Below, piece after piece: positions 12,097-23,029 of a stretch of 64,000 nt of DNA. A model generated the notes under the pieces. That model was not told the DNA's origin and did not search any database. It worked only from the letters and a program-made list of their open reading frames with translations. How positions within the stretch are numbered: the first letter of the stretch is position 1; the number at the start of each line of letters is the position of its first letter. The stretch is from Azolla caroliniana. Taxonomy: Eukaryota > Plantae > Polypodiophyta. The stretch is from NCBI GenBank assembly GCA_043228905.1, contig JBHGNT010000003.1:19158001-19222000 (forward strand), read 5' to 3'. The translations under genes were made by a program, and so were the position numbers.

Positions 12097-15000
12097 TCCA
12101 GTCCACGGTTGCCCATGAGGAGATCGTACGTTCCATCAGCATGATCGGCTTCTGTCCAAACATGAGCTCTGCCGGCATGAATCCGGTTACCGAACTGTGC
12201 GTAGTTCGGTCTGCCCACAACGCGTAAGGCAACAATCGCGGCCAGTTCCTGACTTGACCTCCGCATGCCTGAACTAACGCCTTGACGATCGATCCGTGTC
12301 CGCGCTCCACCTTCCCATTCGCCTCCGGATTGTACACAGTGGTAAGCGAGAGCTTGACTCCTAGCCGGTCGAACAGCTCCTCGGCCTCTTCGACGTCCAA
12401 CTCCCCGCGATCAGGCACGATCTTCCCGACGCACCCGTACCGGCATATCACGTCCTCGATCAGGAACCGACATACGGCCGCGGTCGTTTTGTTTTGAAGG
12501 GCTCGGCCTTCTACTTGGTTCGTCAGATCTTCCCGAGCCAGGACCAGATACCGCATCTGTCCTACTCCCATCGGCATCGTCACCAGGTCTACCATCCATT
12601 TGAAGTGGATGGTCGGAGGGTACGTAGGGTGAAGCTCGTCCCGATGTCGGACTACGGAGTGCATCTGACAGCTCTCGCAAGTTGTCACGAACCGATGCAT
12701 GTCCCGGTACAGTCCCGGCCACCAGTACTTCCCCTTTATCTTCTCGAACGTGGCCCACGTTCCACGGTGACCAGCCCAAGGGCTGTCGTGGTAAGCCGTC
12801 GGCAGCTCCTCCTGATCTTCCTTCATCGCCACCACCCGGAGCGGGACGCCGTTCCTCTTCTTCGGGTGCTTCCATAAGTATCCGTCCAGGAGAAAGAATC
12901 AGTAAGCTTTCTTCCGAATCCGGTTGGCCTCATCCTTCGTCCATGACGCATCCGGCGTCATTGTCCTCAAAAATCCACCGATCTGGAGCCACTCGCCGTC
13001 GTACTTGCTCTCGTCGAAGTCGTTAAGTGCCGGAGTGCTCGTCCCATCGGTCGTCACGTACGCCGCTTCGAAGAAGTCCACGCCGTCTTCTTCGTCCTCC
13101 GAAACCATGTTGCCCTCGTCATCAAACCTCGCCCTCGAAAGCATGTCGGCCATGGCGTTGTCCTTTCCGGATATGTGCCGTATTTCCGGATCCAGGGACT
13201 TGATGTACGCTATCCACCTGAGCATCGCCAGGTCCGGTGTCGCGCATCCGGAAACCATGCCGAGAATTGGCAGGCAATCCGTCTCGATAATCACTTCTGT
13301 CCCGATCAGGTAGTCTTTGTCGGCCTTTACCGCCGAAACGATACCCCAGAGTTCGCGTTTAACCTGGGCATACCCTCGTTGTCGCTCACTGAGGACCTTC
13401 GCGCCGAATCGGATCAGGAACCGAATGTCGTCCTCGTCTTCTTGGTTGACGACCCATCCGATCCCGGTCGGACTCATATCCACCGTTACGTATACCGGGG
13501 TACCCTTCTCGTAGACAGCCTTCCGGAGCGCCGGCGCTGCCGCAAGAGCTTCCTTTAGCTTCCGGACCGACTCCGTGTGTTCGTCTCGCCACTCGAATTT
13601 TCGCCCCTTTTTCAGCAACCCGTATAGCGGCTCCGCAACGTGGGCGTAATGCGTGATCCATATGTGGTAGAACGCGCATGCCCCCAGGAACCTCCGAACT
13701 TCCGTAACCGAGCTACAGTCGGCCTTCATCGCGGAGATGGCTTCTACCTTTGCCGAAGACGGCTTCCGGCCATATGGTCCACATAGGTGTCCGACCACCA
13801 GGATTTCTGATTGCCCGAAGGCCGATTTCTCCCCGGAGAAGGTGAGCCTTGCATCCTCTAGCCTTTGTAGCACCTTCTCCCAGTCGTCGATGTGTGCTGC
13901 TACGAATCGCCGGCATCCGTCCGATCCGAGTGTTGCGTCCTTCTCTTCCACCGGGCACCCCTTGATCGGGATGTCGTCTAGAAATGGCATGGTGATGTCC
14001 GGGATGCAATCCCTCGGTACCTTGTTCATTGCATTCACCATGTGGGCCACCGAGTTGGTCCCTCCCTGTGGCAGGGTACACATTCGCACTAGGCCGAGGG
14101 GAGTTCGCATCGTCGTAATGTCTCTGCTCTCCACGGCTAGCTGGAACTGGTCGTACCCCGAGTATAGATCACCAACCGAGTAAATCGACCTTCCGGCGAA
14201 GGCCTCCGCGAACTCGTCTATGGTCGGTCCAATTCCTGCGTTCCGAATGGTCACTCTGTTGACCGGCTGCAGGTCTTGAATGAAGCGCATCGTTCCGTTT
14301 TTCTTTGGTACGGTAAACCATCGGTTCGAGTATGGGGCACTCGACGGTTCGAGAATGCCCATATCTACTTTCTGCCTCAATAGCTCCATCAACTTCGGAA
14401 TGTGAGCTCTCGATACCGGAATCAGCTTGAGATTCCACGGCACATGCGGTACTGTGAATATTACCATCGCCTCCACGATCATTGGGTCTACGCACCCGAT
14501 CTCTTCCGGTGAGAATGCGAAGGCTTTCCCGTGCCTTCCGAGCATTCTCCAAAACCGGTCTTCCTCCGCCGGCAGTAGGAACCCGCCCCCACCGATCTTG
14601 AGCTCCCAGAGCGTCCCGTCGGTGAAGGTGTATCCTATGCAGGCCGGATCTCGTAAACTGGGGTCCGACGCCACCCCTCTGATTCGGGACTCACTGCCTT
14701 CCGGTAAGGGTGTCGCGACCGGCCTTACCTTCCGGTCCACAGTCTTGTACTTCGTGTTAACTCGGGCCATCTGATCCGACTCGAGCCCCTGACTGAAGTC
14801 CGCGATGACTTCGTACATCTCTTCGGAACATACCGGTATCGTCCGGTCTTCGTTAAGGTCTTCTCCGGCTACCTTCCTCAGCATCCCCAAGGTGTCGTCG
14901 AAGGAGACCGCCTCCACGGCTCCGCTGATTTCCTCGTCCGGGCCAAGAACTCCGCACGCTCGAAGTCACTCCTCTGCCCTTGCCTTTTCTCGGCCAACGA

Positions 15001-17274
15001 TGCCGACCATTGCACACCCTCCGTCGTTGGAGAAGCAAAATTTCCTACCTATCGTACAAGGTATCTTCGGTTTCGGTTCTATCGTACAGTTGTGGGGTCT
15101 TTCCCGAGTGTCCGGACTGTCTCGGCCCCACGCCTTGGCAGCCCCCTCTAAAAATCCTCCCGATTCTCGCTACCGAGGGATTCGCGGTTTCGCTCGTGGT
15201 TCGGTCGCACCGTCAGAAATTGGACCGAACGGCGCCCGTCCTAGCTTTTGACCCTTGCGTAGGCCGAACCGTTGTCTAGCACCTTGGTCTCCATCCGCGC
15301 CGCCGTGATGTATGGTTCCCCTAATATGACCGGGTGCGAGGACGTCTCCTGTACGAAGAAGTGCTAGTCAATCTCGACGTCGCCAATCTTGACTCGCACG
15401 TTCGGGCAGGCCCCGTGCAGTTCCTCGGTGGCGCGCGTCGCCGCCCGTATCTTCCACCCGTGCTTGGTGGTGATCGGCCACTTTCCCTTCTTATAGAAGT
15501 CCATGGAAACATGTTTATTTCCGAACCGTGGTCCACCAATGCCACCACCGGTTCCTGAACATCTCCGATCTTTACCGGGGTCTCCGTGGTCACTCGGGCC
15601 CAGTGCGGCCTCGAATAGTGGCTCTCCGCCCACTCATCTTCCAGCACCATGTCGTCGATGTGCGTCGTCCGCACCTCCACCGGTCTTTCCGGTTCCGTCT
15701 CCGTCAACAGCCTCTTCCGTTTCACCAGGTCCACAATGGAGTCGTGAAACTCCTTCTTGGCGATCCCTAGCACCTCTCGCAATGACAGCTCCACTTTGCT
15801 GTCGAGGATCCGTTCTTCTAGGACCTTTCGTAGGTCCGTAGTCCTTTCTATTTCCGTCCCCAGTCGGTATTCGCCCTTCCTGGGGTTATCTTGCGAGCTG
15901 GACCCACCGGCATCGTTCCGTCGTTGCCCGAATCGGGTCTCGTACCGTTGTGAGGGCCCGGCCGCTCCGGCTTTCCCCACTCGTTTGTCTTCTACCAGAG
16001 CCTCGTAGTTCCGGGCAGGCGGCTTCTACGAAGCCCGTCTTCTCCTCGACCGGATCACTCCACTCGGTTATTTCCCGGACCCGTCTCTCAGCACGGTCCG
16101 TTTCATCTTTCCTTAGTCGTGCGCCGGCAAGACCTTCTAGCATTGCCGACCAGAATCCGTCTCTGCCCTCCTTTCGGGCCTCGCTGCCCCCGACCCGAAT
16201 GCCGGCCGACGCCGAGTAGTGGATGGCCTCTTCGTGTCGGGCCGCTGCCTCTTCCATCAGTCTCTTCATTCCTCCTCGCCCGTCATTTCGGTTTAGGGCC
16301 CTTCTGGTGTCGTCGGCGTGCACCCGGCCTTCCCACAGGTACACCACCCGGTTCCTCAACGCTTCTGCGAAATCGCCACAGTCCTTTCGGATGTGGCCGA
16401 CCTCGTCGCACCACATGCACCTGTTCCCTGCTACCGGTCATCGGTCACGAGCCGGTTCGCCGCCTTCCCTTCGAGTCTGGGCGATCTAGAGATCCTTTAT
16501 CGCCCGCGTCAACTCCTCTAGCACTGCTCCTCCGGACGAGCTACTGACCATGCCGGTCGAAGCCGGACCGGCTTCGAGCCATTCCCGGGTTTCTTCCCTT
16601 CGCCCTTGCGCTGCCGGTTCAAGCCTCCTTGCTGTGACAGAGCCCGCACCAGCCGCCCCGTTGTCAGCCCATTCTCGTCGTTTGTCGAAACGGCCACAGA
16701 CTCTCTTAACCGCAGCCCAGTCGGTCGTCAGCCCGTCTTCGGTTTCCAGTAAGGGGCCGACTTGATCCCGGTCCCGCTCGTCCACCGACTTGACGAATAG
16801 TAGGACCCGGCTCGTATCCAGAACGGTTCGGTCAAGCGCCGAAAGGCGCGCAAAGCGTTCTTCGAACTCCCGGAGGAGTGCCGACGCGTTTCTTCCCTTG
16901 CCAGGGAACTCCACCCATTCCATGAAGTCCCGTTTCGAAACCCGGAGCGCGTCGTCCAGCCCATATTTCTCTAGGAGTCGGCCTTCAAACTCCTCCCAGG
17001 TACGGCTCTCCGCCCGCACCTTGAGCACCTCCGCATGGATACTCGGCATCGCCACTCGAGGGAACCCGGCAAAACGCCTCTCTTCCAGAATGTCCCGCAT
17101 CAGCATTTCTGCCCCGTAGGAGGCCAAATACTTCGTGGCATCCTTTCCGCTGAACCGGCCGATCGTACCGACGACCGCCTCAATGGCTCTGTCGAGGACG
17201 CCGGAGCCCTCGCGTGCGCTCAATATCCGATCCACGGCCGAAGCCATGGCCTCCGCAAGATCCGACCCTTTCAT
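12097..17274 (-). pseudogene. Gypsy B gag-pol (gag, zinc knuckle, protease, RT, RNase H, integrase), frameshifted
   Basis: ORFs 16486-17274 (gag), 15886-16416 (CMWCDEVGHIRKDC), 15321-15980 (VALVDHGSEIN), 12899-14917 (RT PFLDD, RNase H), 12086-12835 (HHCC plus rve). Confidence 0.92.
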
Positions 17275-17309
17275 CTTCTGCTCTTCTGCTCTTCTGCCGC
17301 CCCCTGTAG

Positions 17310-17322
17310 GTCGGGTTCACCA
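17310..17322 (-). promoter_or_regulatory. Primer-binding site of Gypsy B, complementary to the tRNA-Trp 3' end
   Basis: Minus strand TGGTGAACCCGAC, 3 bp from the LTR. The + strand GTCGGGTTCACCA matches my recollection of the plant tRNA-Trp(CCA) 3' end. Confidence 0.8.
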
Positions 17323-17325
17323 AGA

Positions 17326-17935
17326 TGTCGAGGTATTCCTCGCGGATGCGTGGGACGAGGCGGGACCTCGGGGGTCTTGTACCGAAGAGCAAGAGAGAAA
17401 AGGAGAGGGGAAGAGACCCACAAGGTGCGAACGTAGATTCGCAGGGACACGGCCCTTCGACACAGAGACGCGAATGCAACAGCGACACAGAGAGACACGA
17501 ATGTATGTAAATATATATATTAACAAACAAACAACAAGAAGCACGAAGTCTGTTACAACCGAACAGGCCGGCGGACAGATGCCGATGCCTGTTCGTAAAT
17601 GCACAGAAAGGAAAGGGTAGGTTGGAGGTGCTGCCGGAAGCACTCGGGCATTCCTCAGAGCAGCGCGAGCCTCCCGAAAACCTGCACAGAAATCAGGCAC
17701 GGAGTTCGTGAGCCAGAGAGAGAGAGAAGCCTTCGCCTACAAACCGACAACACTTCGTCCTCCACTCTCCGCCCCTTTTTATAGGCAAGGAAGGAGTCGT
17801 TTCCCCTTTACTTCCTACCTACCGAATCTACCTGCCTAGGATCTCCTATGTCCAACATAAGGCGCACGTGCATGAAGAGCCGGTTCCTACGCTCCGGTGC
17901 ACCGATTCCGCTTGTGGACGGTTTTCTTCACGACA
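17326..17935 (-). repeat. 5' LTR of Gypsy B
   Basis: Direct repeat of 5644-6253, adjacent to the PBS. Confidence 0.95.
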
Positions 17936-17939
17936 ACGG

Positions 17940-20538
17940 CAATCGCGGCAAGTGAAGAAGAGTTGATGCTCATCATCGAGGAGAGTGAGAGAAACCTTGC
18001 CGGCAACGAGATGACCTGGGTGGTCGACCCCGGAGTGTCGTTCCACCTTACCCCGAACCGGAAATGTTTCTCATCCTACTCAACCGGTGATCACGGCTAT
18101 GTCCGGATGGGGAATGAAGGTACATGCCGAATTGTCGGCATAGGAGACGTGTGGCTGACAACACCAACCGGATGCAAGCTGCTGTTGAAGGATGTCTGAC
18201 ACATTCCGAATGTTCGTCTGAACCTGATATCAGCCGGTCGGCTAGATGATGAAAGTTACACGGGTAGCATCCGGAATGGTGTTATGAAGTTCAGCAAAGG
18301 GAGCCTGATTGTGGCTCGGGCCCGGAAGGTAAACACGTTGTACCTGATGAATGTTCGGTTATGTCCAGAGGAAGGGAACGTGGCATCTGACACTACCGAT
18401 GAGCTGTGGCACAAAAGGTTGTGTCACATGAGCGAGAAGGGGATGAAGAGGCTTGCAGACGACGACCTCATACCAATGAAGAACGTGCACTTGGAGAAGT
18501 GCACTGATTGTCTGGCCGGTAAGCAAAACCGGACCTCCTTCCGACCAAGGCCACCGATGAGACGTAATGCACCACTGGAGTTGCTGCATACTGATGTGTG
18601 TCAAGTGGACACGAAGTCACATGCGGGATTGTAGTACTTCGTGACATTCATAGATGACCACAGCCGGAAGCTGTGGGCCACACCGTTGAAGACGAAGGAT
18701 CAGATGCTATCCGTCTTCAAAGAGCTCCACGCGAGAGTGGAAAGAGAAACCGGCCGGAAGCTGAAGGCGGTTCGAGCAGATAACGGAGGTGAATACCAAG
18801 GGTAGTTCGAAGAGTACTGTCGCTCAAAGGGAATCCGGCTCGAATTTACCGTGTCGAAGACGCCGGAACTAAACAGGCTGGCCGAGAGGATGAACCGGAC
18901 TATAATGGAGAGGGTCCGGAGTATGCTGGCGCATGCAAAACTACCCAAGAAGTTTTGGGCTGAGGCACTGTCGACGGCGACATATGTGATAAACAGATCA
19001 CCCTCAGTACCCTTGGACGGAGACACGCCACAGAGAGTCTGGACGGGTAAGGAAGTGTCGTACCGGCATCTAATAGTATTCGGGTGTCTTGCGTACGTGC
19101 ATGTAGTTAAGGACCGAAGAGGAAAGTTGGATCCAAAGACCCGGCCATGCATATTCCTCGGTTACGGCGACGATGAGTTCGACTACCGAGTGTGGGACCT
19201 GGTCGAAAAGAAGGTATTCCGGAGTCGAGATATTATCTTCATGGAGGACAAGACGCTCGCCGACTAGGAGTCAGAGAAGAAGATAATGAACTCCGAGTCG
19301 ACCGGTAAGGATCGATTCTACGATGAGCAGACCCAACCGGCAAGAGACCGGTTAACACTCGAGGAACCAGCCGGTTACGGTGAGGATACCGAACCGGCAA
19401 AAGAAGAAGTAGAGGAAGCTGAAACCGGAACCAGCCAAGACCCCGAATCGGATTCGGATGAAGATCAAATAGTGGAGCCGGTTGCCGAAGGCCAAAGACG
19501 GAGATGTCCTCTTAGAGAGAGAAGGGCCCCCCAAAGATTTCTGAATTCAGAGCATGTGCTCCTGACCGATGAGGGAGAGCCAGAAAGCTTCGAAGAACCG
19601 AAGGATGACACCCACAGCCGCAAATGGTTAAGTGCCATGCAGGATGAGATGGATTCCCTGCATGAGAACCATACGTACGAATTGGTGGAGTTACCGAAAG
19701 GAAAGCGGGCACTCCGAAACAAGTGGGTGTACAAGTTGAAACTGGGAGATGCCAGAAACCCCCTGAGATACAAAGCCAGGATTGTGGTGAAAGGGTTGCA
19801 GCAGAAGAAGGGCGTGGACTTCGACGAGATATTTGCCCCGGTAGTAAAGATGACCTCCATCCGGACGGTGCTGAGTATAGCGGCAAGCATGGACCTCGAG
19901 GTAGAGCAGCTAGACGTGAAGATGGCATTCCTTCACGACGACCTCGAAGAGGAGATCTACATGCAGCAACCGGAAGGACTCGTGGAGAAAGGGAAGGAGC
20001 ACCTGGTATGCCGGTTGAAGAAGAGCCTATATGGACTGAAGCAGGCTCCCCAACAATGGTACCGGAAGTTCGACTCCTTCATGACCGATCAAGGGTACCA
20101 CAAGACGCAGGCCGATCACTGCGTGTTTGTGAAGACGTTCAAAGGAGGTGACTTCCGTGGCAGACAAGGTTGCAGAAGACGGTTGCGTTGTAAACCACGG
20201 AGGTGGAGTACATGGCGGTTGTGGAAGCCAGCAAGGAAATATTATGGATGAAGGACTTCATCGGAGAGCTCGGTATCCGGCAAGATGAATACCGGCTCTA
20301 TTGCGACAGTCAAAGTGCCATCCACCTTGCTAAGAATGCGGCCTACCATTCCTGGACGAAGCATATCCAGCAAAGGTATCACTAGATCTGGGAAAGAGTA
20401 GATGACCAGGAGTTCGCGCTGACGAAGATCCACATAGCCGAGAACGGGTCAGATATGCTAACCAAAGTACTGATACCCGACAAGTTGGATGCATGCCGAA
20501 AGCGGATCGGACTAGTAAGACATCCCATGCCGGAGTGA
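17940..20538 (+). pseudogene. Copia A pol (PR, INT, partial RT, RNase H) with stops and a ~610-bp deletion
   Basis: Colinear with C pol. Multiple TAG/TGA stops. The RT YVDD region is missing at the junction ~20153-20156. Confidence 0.92.
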
Positions 20539-20548
20539 TGGGGGAGTT

Positions 20549-21474
20549 TGTTAGGAAACATGTCCCTCCAGATGGGAAGTGAGAAGAACAGTGCTGATAA
20601 GAAACTCGGCCGAGGCCTATCGGCCTCGGCCAAAACCGGATGTGGAGTACCCGGCATCGAAAGACCCGATCAGCCTCAGCCGAAACCGGATGTGGAGTAC
20701 CCGGCATCGAAAGACCCGGTCAGCCTCGGCCGAAACCGGATGTGGAGTACCCGGCATCGAAAGATCCGGTGAGAACCGAATGAGTAGTACCCGGCAAGAG
20801 CCGGATGGTGAAGACCCGGTGAGAACCGGATGAGTAGTACCCGGCAAGAGCCGGATGGTGAAGACCCGATGAGAACCGGATGAAGAGTACCCGATACGGA
20901 AGACCCGGTGAGAACCGGATGAAGAGTACCCGACTATGGAAGACCCGGTGAGAACCGGATGAGTAGTACCCGGCAAGAGCCGGATGGTGAAGGCCCGGTG
21001 AGAAGTGCTCACCGGATGAAGGCACATATTCGTAAATATGTTTCTGAGAGTCCATTGGGGCTATATTTGTAAATAGCCAAAAAGTCATATTAGTATAAAT
21101 ATGACTTAGGGCAAACTTAGTAGTTGTTGTCATTCTTGTTGGCGCAAGATTAGAGCGCAACAGTGTACAGAGAGAGATAGAGAGAGAGAGAGAAAGACAC
21201 GAAGAGGTCGTTGCCTCTGTTGTAACTGCCGCTTGTGGCGAAGACAGTGAACAAGAGGTTGTTGCCTCTGTGTTCATCTTTTGTATATTGTTACATAGTG
21301 ATAGTTAGCAGTCAATGGACTGCCGTGGTTTTTCCCGTGTTTGGGTTTTTTCCACGTAAACATCCTGTGTACTCTTCTCTCCATCGTGTCGTGCATTCAT
21401 TCTCCGTTTCTGTGTTTGATTCTAAACTCAGTTGTGGCCGAGCAATGTTCATCGCGAGCGTGTAGTTCCTGTCA
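20549..21474 (+). repeat. 3' LTR of Copia A (926 bp)
   Basis: Homologous to 3968-4775, with extra 50-bp tandem units. Confidence 0.95.
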
Positions 21475-22394
21475 GAAACATCGTTTTTTGCAACGACGCA
21501 GCGAGGAACTAGCCAAGGGGGACTTCTCGGGCGAGAATCTACCATTGGTCGTCGTCGTCCCCGAGAAGACCGTTGTCATGAAGGATTCCGACTACTATGA
21601 GAAAAGGGGGCAGGATGCGCGTGAACGTGGGTGTGCACGGATGCACACTAATATATCGTTATGTACAAACGTTTGTAAATACTTATGTGCATTGAATACT
21701 AGGTAGAGTGATTTAATAAAGTACTTTACAACCCACACGTATAGTGAGGAATTAGAGATATGATGTGAGAAAATCGAGGAGAGAATCTGAGTGAAAAGTG
21801 GTTGTCTTTTTCGTTTTTGGAGAACAAAGTGTTGCCGAACTAAGCTTTGCAAGATCCTTCCTATTCTCCGTCTTCCAGTTTTCCCTTTTGTCGTGTTGTG
21901 AGGCCTCTGTTTCACGTTGGTAGCCTGTGTGCTCCCAATCAAAGGCTCACTAGTGTCTACGTGTGTGTGTTTCTGATGAGCTCGAAGCTCTTTTGTCGGC
22001 CGTGTCTGGTTATAATCTTTTTTGTTCTCTCTATTAATCATTACTTCGTTAAGTTTCTCAGTGTGCTTTGGGCTTCCCCGTGTTCTTGTCTCTTATCAAT
22101 TCCTGTCATGTTGTGTATTCGAGCGAGTGAGGCCGAGAGCTCATCGTTGCCAACTGACATCCGGTCCGGAACAATACGCGTCTCCGAGCCCGTGCGCTCA
22201 CCATCTACCATCCGAGAACCGATCCGGACCGGATACGTGACCGGTAACCGATTTGGCGAAGATATCCGGACAACCTTCCTACTCTCACCGGGACCTTGGT
22301 TCGAGACTCTCGTGGTCCCGTCCAAGTTTCAACACATCCACGCGGAAATCCGTGTGGCCCCCATTCTCGTTCGCGCTTCCGGTCAATTGCTGAC

Positions 22395-22830
22395 CCATAA
22401 AGCATAGGGTGGGAGTCTCGGCCAGTGGCCGACCCACCCGTCAAATACCCTCACGATCTCCTTCACGATTGGCCCGTGTCCGCGCTCGAACTTCCCATTT
22501 GCTTCCGGATTTTACGGTGTCGTGAGGGAAAGCTTGAGCCCTAGTCGATCGCATAGCTCTTCAGATTCTTGCGCGTCCAACTCCCCTCGATCGGACACCA
22601 TCTTACCCACACACCCATACCAGCATACGGTTGTGGTCGTCTTGTTCGTCAACGCTCAACCATCCACCTGGTTCGTCAGTTCTTCTCTCGGAGCATCAGG
22701 TGGCTCATCTGCCCCACCCCCATCGGCATCATCACTAGGTCGACCATCCATTTGAAGTGAATGTTCGGCGGGTAGGTCGGGTGCAGCTCGTCACGGTCCC
22801 GGATTCCATAATGTTTCACTACTTGGCACA
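22395..22830 (-). pseudogene. Integrase fragment homologous to Gypsy B integrase
   Basis: RDRDELHPTYPPNIHFKWMVDLVMMPMGVGQM...GCVGKMVSDRGELDA...NPEANGKFERGHG...PYALW. Confidence 0.8.
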
Positions 22831-23029
22831 TGACGGAGGATGTGCGGTTTGGTGGGGGTGGATGTCGTGAAGGAATCTGGCTACTAGGGGAAAAGGAGCC
22901 CATATGCGCATGAACGCGGGTGTGCACAGATGCACACGAAAATGTCGTTATGTACAAACATATGTAAATACTTATGTGCATTGAATACTAGGTAGAGTGA
23001 TTTTATAAAGTGCTTCACATCCCATACAT

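Larger units (their letters stand above)
5644..17935 (-). mobile_element. Ty3/Gypsy LTR retrotransposon B (nested in A; hosts C)
   Basis: 610-bp LTRs at 5644-6253 and 17326-17935 (~12 mismatches by eye). Perfect 4-bp TSD ACGG (5640-43 / 17936-39). gag-PR-RT-RH-INT on the minus strand. Confidence 0.95.
3968..21474 (+). mobile_element. Ty1/Copia LTR retrotransposon A (outer, defective; hosts B and C)
   Basis: LTRs 3968-4775 and 20549-21474 (TGTTAGG...CCTGTCA). TSD GAAAT/GAAAC. PBS 4779-4790, PPT ~20537-20546. Domain order gag-PR-INT-RT-RH. Confidence 0.95.

Noticed and set aside
20620-21010. CRISPR-like repeat array
   Set aside because: These are head-to-tail LTR tandem units without unique spacers, in a eukaryotic context with no cas genes.
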